A stretch of DNA of 64,000 bases from Leucoraja erinacea (GCF_028641065.1 NC_073391.1:36022001-36086000), one strand, 5' to 3'; shown: positions 1 to 11,079, counted from the first letter of the stretch. Program-made: numbers and translations. The notes: a model not told the origin generated them from the sequence alone.

Positions 1-496
1 ATTTTCCTCCGAGGAGTTCCAGCATCTATTATTTGTTATATATACTGTTTACAGATAATATTTAGAATTTTTTATATTTTTTATATTTTTAATTAACTAA
101 AAACAGGATAGTAAAAAAAATTATGCACCAACTTAATACCAAAATAAATGTGCAAGACAGTTTCTCCTTATTCAACTTATGAACATCTGTAAGAATGGAA
201 CCCGTTCTGAACTAGGGACAGCCTGTATACTATTTTGCACTCAAAGTGCAAGAAAGGAGAGATTACTGAATAATAAGCCACACATTATTGACTTGCGACT
301 GTCAATATTTGAACATATTTTACGATTTTAGTTTTTTTGAGAACTCTGCTAATCATGATGAAGGGTCACTTATTTTGATAGCTATGTGTAGCATTTTGTT
401 TGGAATGTTCGTTGACACCAACATTTATTAAAACACTATTATACCCGACATGTCCCAAGAATCCCATGAGCTTAATTAATAGGTTATGATTCTTAC

Positions 497-683
497 TTGG
501 TATGAGGGCCACTGGCCGGACTTTTAGTGAAGATCCAATTACAATTAGAAGGTCGACCTCATCCTTGTCGTACTTCATGCTCCTGTGAAATTGCTCGGGT
601 AGGTTTTCACCAAAAAACACAATATCTGGCTTCATAATGGCAAGAGGAATTTCAGGAGGGCACTTTGGACAGTGGGGAACAAC
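497..683 (-). CDS. SIRT1: SIRT1 coding exon 7 (187 nt); exons 8-9 lie outside the window (<1)
   Basis: Translates [62 protein letters not shown](S): second CxxC, FGE and GSS motifs of the sirtuin domain. AG at 685-684, GT at 496-495. Confidence 0.97.
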
Positions 684-983
684 CTAAAAAGAGCACAACA
701 AACAATCTGCTGGAAGAAGTGGATTTTGCAGCATCAATTCCAGCCAAAATCCTGCATCAGGACAGAATGTAGATTGCAGACGTGGTGGGGAAAGGGGGAG
801 AAAGCAATCACATTCTTATGAGACAGGGTGGGAAGAGGTATAAATGATGTCACTGTAAATAATGGATAGTTCCCCCCCACCCGCGAGATGGAGAAATCGA
901 GTAAAGGGAGAGAAGTGTCAATGATCCCCGATTCAACATACCAGAAATTGGTGCTTTCAATTACATGACTTGGAAAACATTAC

Positions 984-1063
984 CTGATTGAATACTTCTT
1001 CTCTAATTGCTTCACAATCAACCTTGTATTTGCACATCAGACAAGAGGCCATTGCAAATGAAC
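984..1063 (-). CDS. SIRT1: SIRT1 coding exon 6 (80 nt)
   Basis: (G)SFAMASCLMCKYKVDCEAIREEVFNQ, first Zn-binding CxxC. Canonical AG/GT, phases fit the neighbouring exons. Confidence 0.97.
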
Positions 1064-1637
1064 CTAAGTAAAACATTCAGAAAACATTAAAACTGCAAGG
1101 TTCATAATTCAGAATTAAATTATTTTGAAAAAATTAGGGAAAGGAGCAGAAAGGAAGCAAATCTAAAGCCATGAATAAACTAGATGGCACCCCAACAACA
1201 CTTGTCAATATTTCATTTATAGAATTTGTACCAACACGCCCCGAAATATGGAAAATCCATCCCCAAATAAAACATTGTTTTTTTGTTTTTTTAAAAAATC
1301 AAATCCTGAATGCTGGTTCTCCTTTATTAAGCTATGACTGTCCTAAGCTTAACTTGATGGCGCAGGGCACATCAGACAATATTGTGTCCCATTCTCTAAA
1401 GCCAAAAATGTTTGCAATAAAACAAACTATTTTGGCAAAATCAAGAAAAAAAGATATTTAACCATTCATCGGGATACAATATGGATCCACAATGATCATA
1501 CCTTCCAATTCACTTGAAAAGCACTGGAAATAGATTACATGCTTGCCCAACATCTACCAGCCTATAAACCCAGCACAATAAATGAAGCCATGCAACAACA
1601 AAAAGATCTTTGAGCCTTTGCGAGGATTGAGAGTTAG

Positions 1638-1783
1638 ATACATAGAAAATAGGTGCAGGAGTAGGCTATTCGGCCCTTCGAGCCTGCACCGCCATTCAAT
1701 ATGATCATGGCTGATCATCCAACTCAGTATCCCGTACCTGCCTTCTTTCCATACCCCCTGATCCCTTTAGCCACAAGGGCCAC
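1638..1783 (-). mobile_element. CR1/HER1-type LINE 3' tail fragment
   Basis: acatagaaaataggtgcaggagtaggctattcggccc... recurs at ~26390, ~32152, ~32985 and ~41680, next to CR1 RT C-terminal remnants. Confidence 0.7.
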
Positions 1784-1952
1784 AATGAGTTTGTGCTTAA
1801 GAGGTCAATGCACTCCCAACTAGAATTTTCGGGTTAATATTTAAGGTTTTTTTTGTTTTTTAAAGATCTGCCGAACACGACTGGAAACTGATGTTAAAAT
1901 AAGAGGAAAAACTCATTCAGCTACTTAGCTGCAGACATTTTCTTCTACTAAC

Positions 1953-2100
1953 CATGGCACTCAACAATCCTACGAATGCCAGCAACTTGTTCCAGGGTAT
2001 CTATGTTCTGGGTGTAGTTCCGAAGTAGTTTCTCCTGTTTATCCAGCAAGGCAATAAATTTGTGACAAAGTGATGGCTGGAATTGACCAGGATAAATCTC
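1953..2100 (-). CDS. SIRT1: SIRT1 coding exon 5 (148 nt)
   Basis: EIYPGQFQPSLCHKFIALLDKQEKLLRNYTQNIDTLEQVAGIRRIVECH(G): TQNID motif and catalytic His. Canonical AG/GT. Confidence 0.97.
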
Positions 2101-3041
2101 CTGCAAAATAAAAACAGGTGGAATTACCCTCTCGCACACATTCTAGCAATATCAATTTGAACAAACAGACTTCTGAAAAGTCTCATTTTAATGGGCATAA
2201 AAATTCAAAAATGTGGAATAAGTACATTCCTCTTCAATAATGTTAGCAATCAATCATTTCCATTAATATTATTACAGATTGAGAGAATTGGCAGATGGAA
2301 TACAGTATAGCAAAGTGTTGAAATGTGCATTTTCATAGTAGAAATAAAGGCGTGGACTGTTTTCTAAATGGGGAGAAAATTCAGAAAATGAGAAATGTTG
2401 GGCCCCATATCTTAGGAACAATGTTCTGGACAGCTGGTTTTGGAAATGAAACAAAGAAGACATGGGAAAAGCAGGTGCTCTAGGGAAGAAGGGAAGTTGT
2501 GCTCAATATTATGCAACAGTTCTGCATTAGTGGATAGCAAAACTGGACAAAGTAGTTGTGCTAGCATCAAGTTGGGGGGTGGGGGGGGGAGGGATTAATT
2601 ATTTCATTTATTAATATCACTAAGAAAATTAGAGAAGGAAACAACTGCAGATGGATTAATTGATATGATAGTAGAGTTTGATATCCATATCCTCCATGTG
2701 CGTACAGTAGAGTAATAATGCTGCAGTATGCACAGCTGAGCAATTAAACATAAGAAATCTATTTGAGGGAAGGCTAAAGTCAATACTGACGTAAATTTAA
2801 ATCAGAATAGAACAGTTCCACACAAAGAAAGTGAAATTGTCAATAGTATTGATGGAAACGGCATTGGAGGAACTATGGAGGAAGAATCGTACGGCATAAT
2901 ATTTCAATATTTATATTAATAATGTGCAATTCGATGACGTGCTTTATAAACATTGTTTCCTCGATTTCTCATCTCTGCCTCTCACCTTAAATTAATGGTG
3001 CCCGATTTCTCAACATTTTCAAACAAAGCATAATTATTTAC

Positions 3042-3194
3042 CTTGGCAAACTTAAAAAATGGTCTGGGGTCTTTTCTGAAGTACTCAATGTCAAACATGG
3101 CGTGAGGATCTGGTAGGTCTGGAAAGTCAACTGCCAATCTAGCATAAATCCCATCTCTTGATCTGAAGTCTGGTATTCCACATGAAACAGAAAC
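3042..3194 (-). CDS. SIRT1: SIRT1 coding exon 4 (153 nt)
   Basis: VSVSCGIPDFRSRDGIYARLAVDFPDLPDPHAMFDIEYFRKDPRPFFKFAK with the GIPDFRS cofactor-binding loop. Canonical AG/GT. Confidence 0.97.
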
Positions 3195-3499
3195 CTAGAA
3201 AAGTGCATCAAGCCCAATTTATTGATCAATTGAAGTCAAAATAATGTTCATTTTATTTATTCCTCCATTACAATAAAGTTACAATTTTGCCAAAGAAAAT
3301 GGAACTTGAATTCAAGCGCCCAAGCTAAGTTTCCAACCATCAGAACGGTAAAAGCCAGGGAAATTGTGTCTTATAACACAACCATACAAGTTGAAGTGAT
3401 TAAAATGGTAATGGTCATACTAATGGCATTAAATGTACACATACTACAAAATAAAATACAAAGCTATCAAAGTGGCAAATGTTATAAGTATGTATAAGT

Positions 3500-4310
3500 T
3501 TCCTTTATTGGCATTCAGACCTTTTTACGGTCTGAATGAAATTTTGTGCCTTGCAGTCATAACATAGAATAAAATACCAAAAACACACAATAAACACAGA
3601 TTTAACATCCACCACAGTGAGTCCACCAGGCACCTCCTCACTGTGATGGAAGGCAAAAGTCTTAAAGTTCTTGTCCCTTCCCTTCTTTTTCTCCCTCTGC
3701 GCTGAGGCGATCCAGGCTTCCGATGTTGTGACCCCGCCAGGTGATGGTAAGTAAGTCAGTCCCGCGGCTGAATCCGAGCCCCGCGAACGGGCCGGTTCAA
3801 ACTCCGCGGCCTGGGGCGGTCGAAGCTGCCGCCATCCAGTCCAGCGGATGAAGCTGTTGTTACGGGAGCTCCGGAAAAACCTGTGACCGGCGAGCTCCCG
3901 ATGATGTCGTCCACTGGGCCCGCAGCCGAGCCTCCAAAGTGGGGTCGCCGCCGCCGCAACAGGCCCAAAGTCAGGTCGCTGCCGCCGGATGGCCGACACA
4001 GCGTCGAAGTCTGCCAGCCTTGCTTTGGTAAGTCCTGGCTGGCTCTTCCTCCGAAGCCTCGAGGTTGGTCTCAGTTGGAGGCCGTCAGCTCCGCTATTAG
4101 GCCTCAACGGAGACGGGGGATACGACAAGAAAAGGTCGCATCCCCCCCCCCCCCCCCGAAGGAAGACACCAAAAACATGTACACGCACGCACACACACAC
4201 GCACTAAATTAACTAAAACAGGACAAAAGAAAACAACAACAAAAAAAGAAAAAAAGAGACGGACTGCAGGCGAGCCGCAGCTGCTAGGTCAGCGCCGTCA
4301 CTTCCGGAGT
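3500..4310 (-). mobile_element. Non-coding GC-rich LINE-derived (Rex/Babar-tail) non-autonomous retroelement
   Basis: 5' end CCGGAAGTGACGGCGC, 3' stem-loop CATTCAGACC..GGTCTGAATG plus AATAAA. Shares internal motifs with 17725-18475. Confidence 0.6.
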
Positions 4311-4492
4311 TTTGCTTTGATCCAATTTTTCAAATCTTTTTCGCAACCATAATTTGAATGTTGTGATTTTATACTTTTCTTCCTTGTTTCTCCCATCACC
4401 ATTTAATGGCTCAGTTATGAAGCCAGGAACTCGAGCAATTTAATACAGCAAAATCCTTAGCTCCTCCTTAGGAACAATTAATCAATTGATTT

Positions 4493-4614
4493 AAAAAAGA
4501 CAAAGTGCTGGAGTAATTCAGCAGGTCAGGTAGCATCTCTGGAGATCACGAATAGGTGATGTTTTGGATTATGACCCTTGTTCAGACCAGCATCTGCAGT
4601 TTCTTGCATCTTGC
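4493..4614. mobile_element. PLE-derived mini-element (degenerate)
   Basis: Family arm sequence, flanked by ATCAATTG(A/T)TTT direct repeats at 4481-4492 and 4615-4626. Confidence 0.65.
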
Positions 4615-4880
4615 ATCAATTGTTTTTGTCCATTTCAGTAGCACCTCTGCTGATTATGGTGTTAGTAAAGGTACTATAAATAAGCTATTGGAAATCGAGT
4701 TCAGACGCACATGCACTTCACACTTGGGATGCACTAATACTCCTCCTTTTTGTCTTATTGACTAATGCAGAATCTAGAGAAGTGTTGAAACCACCAGATC
4801 CTTCCAAGTTGTCAACATAATGTTAATAGAATGGCCGATAACCAGAAACGTTTTTGGCAAACCAACACAAAACAAACCTT

Positions 4881-5043
4881 GTGTAGGAAGGAACTGCAGA
4901 TGCTGGTTCAAACCAAAGATAGACAAAAAATGCTGGAGTAACTCATCAGGACAGGCAATAATGTCACGTCAACCACGTGTACCGAAAAGACACCCATTCC
5001 TTCTTTCCCGAGATGCTGTATTAATCCAGCATCTTGTGTCTAT
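4881..5043. mobile_element. PLE-derived inverted-pair mini-element (centre deleted)
   Basis: Inverted arms, with TSD AAAACAAA(C/T)CTT at 4869-4880 and 5044-5055. Confidence 0.7.
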
Positions 5044-5120
5044 AAAACAAATCTTAATTTATTGTTCATTAATGTTCACAACTTTAATAGGATCACTAAA
5101 CCCCATCATTTAACACATAC

Positions 5121-5363
5121 CCCAGCTCCAGTGAGGATCATGATTTTCTTGCTTTCCTTCAAGATTCTCACCACATCCTCCAAGGAATTAATATCTTTGC
5201 GCTTTTTTCCGCTTTGGTGGCTCTGACAAAATATTGAGAACAATCTGCCAGAGTGTCATGTCGTCCAGATCTGATGGAGGACTGTTCCCTCGCAATAGAT
5301 CCTTCAGGATAGACCGTGGGTCTGTACCCAACATAAGATGTTGCTGGACAAAACTATATGGAC
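5121..5363 (-). CDS. SIRT1: SIRT1 coding exon 3 (243 nt as given; contains an apparent +1 frameshift)
   Basis: (G)PYSFVQQHLMLGTDPRSILKDLL...DLDDMTLWQIVLNILSEPPKRK[+1]KRKDINSLEDVVRILKESKKIMILTGAG. AG at 5365-5364, GT at 5120-5119. Confidence 0.95.
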
Positions 5364-6423
5364 CTAGTTGGAAAGTTAAAAATGAAAAAATTAAAACTTT
5401 AATAATTTAAGCATAAAAGAGTGTGAATATAAGCAACATTTCCATTCAACTCACCACAGATGTTCCATCTTATCATTACCCCATGATTCCTTTTGAAAAA
5501 ATAAACCCATGGACACGTTAAAGCTTACACTCCTGCCATTAATGCCTCTGGGTAAACATAGCAAATGGGGTTTATTGAAATCAGTTTCCGTAGGGAATAA
5601 ATGATTTTATAATCTAGGAAATTAACAATGAAGAGGTTGCCTTTGACCATAATTCTTCCCAACAAAATGCTGGAAAAACAGAAACTTGCATACAACAATT
5701 CAAGAAATATGCCATGACATTTCCTAGGAGTGCAACCAAGCCAAGAAGAATAGACACACTAGGAACTACAGATGTTGCAATCTTGAACTAAGTACAAAGC
5801 GCTGGAGGAACTCAGCGAGTGAGGGAGCCTTTGTCAACTTTTCAGGTTGGGACCATTCTTCCATGCAGAAGGAGGGAGAAATCTGGAAAAGGGTGGTAGG
5901 AAAAAGCCTGATAAGTGATAAGTAGATATGGGGTTGGGGGAAGGTTAGCAGATGTGTGCAGTTGGTGACAAAAGCAAGAGTTGAAAAAGACACAAAAGGG
6001 CATCAGATAAGAAGCGAAGAGGCATGAAACTTAAAGTTAGGAGGAGGGTTATAGGTGGAAAGAGACATCTCCCGACTGGGCATGTCATCATATTGTGGAG
6101 AAAAGTTTTGTTACATTGAGATAACTCCAATTTCAAAGTAAAAATTATGAATCTATGATGAGGAAAATCTGAAATCTCAAAAATGGTCTGTGCTTATATA
6201 ATGCCCATCATCTTATTAATAGTGATCATACTTAAAAAAATGGTTGATGACAGGGCTGTGCGTAACATTGGGTACAATCAGATTGAGATACATAAACAAA
6301 TTAACAACAGACATAATTAGGGTAGCAAAATAACCTGGCTTGCAAGCACTATATTTTTCTACCAGTCAATGAAATTTAAATAATTGAGCAAGAAATAATC
6401 TCCAATTACATATTAAACATTAC

Positions 6424-6558
6424 CTATCCGAGCATGAGGGGTCCAGTCACTTGAGCTGGCGTGAGAGGTTTTGTCATCTTCATCACTTTCCCACGAGCGA
6501 ATCCCATTTGGAATAACTTCCTCAGGAGCAGCATTTCCTGAATACACAGATACACCAT
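6424..6558 (-). CDS. SIRT1: SIRT1 coding exon 2 (135 nt)
   Basis: (D)GVSVYSGNAAPEEVIPNGIRSWESDEDDKTSHASSSDWTPHARI(G) matches the ESDE..SHASSSDWTP motif of vertebrate SIRT1. Phase 1/1. Confidence 0.93.
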   Translation of the reverse strand: MVYLCIQEMLLLRKLFQMGFARGKVMKMTKPLTPAQVTGPLMLG

Positions 6559-7609
6559 CTGAAATTTGAAAATGCAACTACTATGAAACAATATCTTGGG
6601 TAATAACAAACAAGAGATTTATCGTGTTCACAGCAACCATTCACAGTGGCAAGAGAATCTTAAATCTTTAACAGATTCATAGCTCCAGGTTTATCTAGAA
6701 TTTCCCGTCCATTTCTGGACAGTGAGGATTCCTGTGAGAAACATTTTGCTGGTTCCCACCCTCTACACAGCATCCGACATGGCCAAGTACCCTCCAATTG
6801 AGACGTGAAGAAAATTGATCAGCAGAGTATACTGACATGTATGCCCTGGCAACATGGTGACAGGGGTTCACTGTAGTCAGAGCAATCAAGATGTTAAACC
6901 AAGGCTGGTTGATTGTACGAGTTCTTACGCAGGACAATTTGACCCGGTGTCATAGAAGCACAGAAACAGTCCCTACGGCTCAACTTGTCTATGCCAACCA
7001 AGATGCCCCATTGATGCTAGTCCGACTTGCTCCCATTTGGCCCATACGCCACTAAACCTTTACTTTTGATGTAGCTGTCCAAATGTCTTTCAAATATAAA
7101 ATCGAACCGGTCACATCTACCTCCTCTGGCCGCCAGTTCCATATACCCACAATCCTCCCTGTGAAAATGTTGCCCCTCTCACCTTAAGACTATGTCCTCT
7201 TTCTTTGGCTCTTGATTCCCCCAATTTGGACAGAGTAAGTACATTTACTCTATCTATTCCCCATAATCTTATATACCTCTGTAGGATCACGCTTCCACCT
7301 CCTGCGCTCCAAAGAATAAACCCCTAGCCTGCCTAACCTCTACTTAGAACAATACATCGCAGGGATGGGCCCCTTTGCACACAATGTTTGTGCAAAACAT
7401 GACTCCACGTTAAACTGATCTCTTTTGCCTGTACATGATCCATATCTCTCTATTCATTGCATTTCCATGCGTCAATTTCAAATCTTTAAGTGCACCACTA
7501 TCATATCTGCCTCCTCCACCAACCACAACAGTGCATTCCAGGCCCTCACCACTCCGTGTAAAAAAAAAAAAATGTTTTCCCTTTAAAACTTGCCCCGCAC
7601 ATCTCCTCC

Positions 7610-7945
7610 TTTCCTAAACTACCTCCCCCTCCTCATTTCCCTCCAACCCCAACCCATCCACTCCTGCCAACCCAATCACTCCCATCTCCTGACCCTTCCC
7701 TTCACCTCCTCCTCCTCTGCCGACTAGCCCCTTCCTCCTCCAACTGACCCCTCCTCCCCTTGCCCCTCTTCTCCCGACGTCCCCCCCCCCCCCCCCTCCT
7801 CCTCTCCCACCCCCCCCCCCCCCCCCCCCCCCTAAATCCCAACAGCGCCCTCCGCTCCCAACCCCCCACTTCTCTCACCCACCCCTTTCTCCTCTCCCAA
7901 CCCATAACCTTACACCTCCCCTTTTGCCACCCCACCCGGCTGCTC
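7610..7945. repeat. Polypyrimidine/polypurine C-rich low-complexity tract in SIRT1 intron 1
   Basis: Runs of CCT/CCC and two long C homopolymers. G-rich on the SIRT1 sense strand. Confidence 0.85.
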
Positions 7946-7972
7946 TCCCAGCGCCGCCCGGGAAACCGCTAC

Positions 7973-8240
7973 CTCTGGCAGCAGAGGGCGAGGAGCCGCT
8001 CTCGGGGCCCTCGCTCCGGGGATCATTGTTTCCCGGAGCCGACCCGGAGGCCTGGCGCTCGTCGTCCGCCGCTATCCACCCCAGTCCTTCCTCCGGCGGC
8101 TCTTCAGCGGAGGCGGAGGCGGCGACGGCGACGGCGACCGTGGCGTCTCCACCGTCCAGGCGGGACTTTTTGGCGAGCTGGCCGAGATCCAGGTCGTAGT
8201 TGTCGGCCGCACGATCCCGTCGCCCGCCCGCCTCCGCCAT
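7973..8240 (-). CDS. SIRT1: SIRT1 coding exon 1 (ATG at 8240)
   Basis: GC-rich ORF MAEAGGRRDRAADNYDLDLGQLAKKSRLD... starting in an AAGATGGCGG context. Donor AG|GTAGCG at 7972 gives phase 1, matching exon 2. The donor choice is inferred. Confidence 0.82.
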
Positions 8241-8275
8241 CTTCGCAGATATTTAAACGGAATCACGTGACGGCG
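8233..8275 (-). promoter_or_regulatory. SIRT1 proximal promoter: GTCACGTGA E-box, TTTAAA box, YY1/TISU-like start context
   Basis: The minus strand reads GTCACGTGAttccgTTTAAAtatctgcGAAGATGGCGG within a CpG-rich island. Confidence 0.6.
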
Positions 8276-9170
8276 CCGGCGAGGGTCAGGGGTCAACCGG
8301 GGTGAACAACAACAAACAAACAAACACCCGAGATAGACACAACATTGCTGGAGTAACTCAGCGTCCCCGGAGAGAAGCCCTTCTTCAGTCAGGGGAGAGG
8401 GAGACGAGAGATATGGAAGGGTAAGAGGTGTAAAAACGACAGATCAAAGGAGGGGGTTCACTGCTGATGCAGGACACCGCTCAGGGAAACGAAATTTCGG
8501 TCAGACCGAAAGGTCTGAATGACAAATCAATTCAATTCAATACATGACCCGCAGGTTCTCAGTATCATCCCGATTGCAGCTTCTCCAACATCAGCAGTCT
8601 CTTATCAAAATCATTTAGCATGAAACGGGTAATTCTGCCCACAACGTTCACACACACCAGCAAGCACCCATCCGCATTGATCTCGTTTTCCTGCACATGC
8701 AAATACTTGTCTCATCACTTAAATGCTGCTCTCTGCTTTCATCACCTGGTGGGTGAAAATAGTCCCTCTCAGATCCCCTAACCTTTTATCTATATCCTCT
8801 ATTTGTATTTATCTCAAATATGGGAAAGTGTCCTGAAGAGTTAGCATTTCCTCAAGAAAACTTTGAGCGTAATCTTTGAATTTTTTTTCAGTCTCTTCTC
8901 ATGATAGGACTCCAATTCTGTCATGAGAGTATGATGTTGAGCATGCAAACTACAAGGGTTGCCCAACTTAGTCAACCAAATTTATCTAACAACCCTAGAG
9001 CTGGGCCTAAAGGACATCACTAACAATGATTCGCTTGTCCTTCCAATGAATTTCATAATCATAATCATACTTTGTTAGCCACGTTTGTTTTGCAACATAC
9101 GAGGAATTTCATTTGCCATACAGTCATACCAATAAAAAGCAACATAGCACACAAAATATATTTGCCTATA

Positions 9171-10211
9171 CAGGTGCACAACCTTTTATCCGAAAACCTT
9201 GGGACCAGACACTTGTCGGATTTCGGACATTTTCGGATTTCCGAATTGCAGATTTTTAGCGTAGATTAGGTAGGTAGTGCGGGCGGCTTGAAAAGTCTGG
9301 AGCGACTGCCTCCTCCCCGGAGACCGGGGAATCATTGTAAATCATTGCATAAATGTTAGTCGGTTAGTTTGGAGGGATTTTATGTGGTGGTGGTGGGGTG
9401 GGTGGGTGAAGGGGTAAACTTTAATTCTTAGTCCCCTGCCTGGTCGGCGACTCCCAACATCGCGGAGCTGGGGGCTCCGCCCGGCCGCGGGTGGCGCCGG
9501 TTGTAGCTCCGACCCCGGCAACACGACCCCTGGCTGCGAGGCGCTCCAAATCCAGCGCCGCCCGTGGCCGGACGCCCGCAGCCCCAGCTCCGCGAACGTT
9601 GGGAGAAGGCGGCCTCAGCGCCCTGGAGCTTACCGCACAGCGACCCGGTAAGGCATTGCCTGCTTCCTGCTGGTATCCCAGCGCTGCGACGCCGCCGACT
9701 CCCAACATTTGCGGAGCTGGGGCTGCGGGCGTCCGGCCGCGGGCGGCGCTGGATTTGGAGCGCTTCGCAGCCAGGGGTAGAGTTGCCGGGGTCGGAGCTA
9801 CAACCGGCGCCGCCCGCAGCCCCAGCTGGGAGTTGGGGGCCACAGCGCTGCGGAGCTTACTGCACGGCGACCCGGTAAGGCATTGACCGCTCCCCGTCTC
9901 TCTCCGACCAGGTAGGGGACTAAGAATTAAAGTTTACCCCTTCAACCCCCCCCCCCCCCCTTCACATAAAAGCCCTCCAAACTAACAGACTAACATTTAA
10001 GCAATGATTTACAGATGTTTAAGTGTCTCCCCGGTCTCCGGGGAGGAGGCAGCCGCTACAGTAGTACAGACTTGGGTTGACCGTGGGTCGTTTCGGGTCA
10101 AGTTTGGCGCCAAACGCGAGCTTTGGTGTGCAGACGACATCCTGGAAAAAATGGCCGGTTTTCTGAGTTTTTTTCGGTTTCCGGAACACCGGATAAAAGG
10201 TTGTGCACCTG
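9171..10211. mobile_element. Non-autonomous Tc1/mariner-superfamily (pogo/Tigger-like) foldback MITE
   Basis: Perfect 22-bp TIR CAGGTGCACAACCTTTTATCCG (9171-9192 / 10190-10211), TA on both sides, nested internal inverted repeats, no transposase ORF. Confidence 0.9.
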
Positions 10212-11079
10212 TACAATATCTCCAAATCACACAACTCCAGGAAAATACAGCGAGCAGTACTCTCCCAATGAACAGGGTCAAAGGGTCAACAGGTCATAGA
10301 TCTATTAGTGAGGATCACAAATTGCATGCAATCATAGAGAAAAATGATTTTTTGGCATCCGCTAAATTTGAGATTGTCTTATAATTGCTTTGTAATCCAG
10401 TGGCTTGTGTTGCTATCTTCAATTGCCTTTTACATGCAATTTGCCTCCCAATCTGCCTTACAACTCCAGAGGTGCTCTTTGGGCACTGGGCAGAGGATTT
10501 TGATGACATGGATGCCCTCTGTGATCACTTCAGTCCCGAGTATGCTATTCTCTTCCCCACAGAAGGAGATTATGAAGTTTTGCATCTGGAATACATTCCC
10601 ATAATCTAATTTATTCATCAGGAATGTTATTATTAATATATTCAAATCCTGCATCAGCATTTATCACATTTCACAAGTTTACCAAAAAATATATTCCTGT
10701 ATTTGGTATCCTATATTCATTATGAAATTCATTTATAAATATATTAATTTTCTGTGATAACCTTTGTCACATATCACAGGTTTACCAGAAAACGTCATCA
10801 CAGTTGCAGCTAAAAGCATTCACGTCAAAGACCTAATCTTGGCTGAGGCGATCTTTGAATCACATCCTCTATAAGACTCCTACTGCCACACTATTCTTGA
10901 TGAGGTCTCAATTTTGTTGATGGAAACATACACTTTGCGCATAAATGTCGTTTTTAAACAAGCCCCTTACGGCATACTCCATACTAAAGTATAAACGCTC
11001 ATGATGATGTAAAATCCTCAAGCATACCGTGACTGATACAGTTTTTAAAATGAGCATTTATCACCTTTAACAACAACTC

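Noticed and set aside
3505-4212. 231-aa and overlapping ORFs
   Set aside because: They lie in a GC-rich repeat, are open in several frames on both strands, and show no recognisable domain.
7702-8323. Pro/Gly/Arg-rich ORFs overlapping SIRT1 exon 1
   Set aside because: By-products of the CpG island and the C-rich tract.
8462-8520. CTGATGC...GAAAC as a possible hammerhead
   Set aside because: The core is CUGAUGC rather than CUGANGA and there is no stem II. Better explained as a LINE tail stem-loop.
9342-9886. Mirror-image 131-140 aa ORFs on both strands
   Set aside because: Consequence of the GC-rich palindrome in the MITE; not a transposase.
10315-10660. Cluster of short ORFs that look exon-like
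   Set aside because: No recognisable homology or convincing splice partners; left uncalled.
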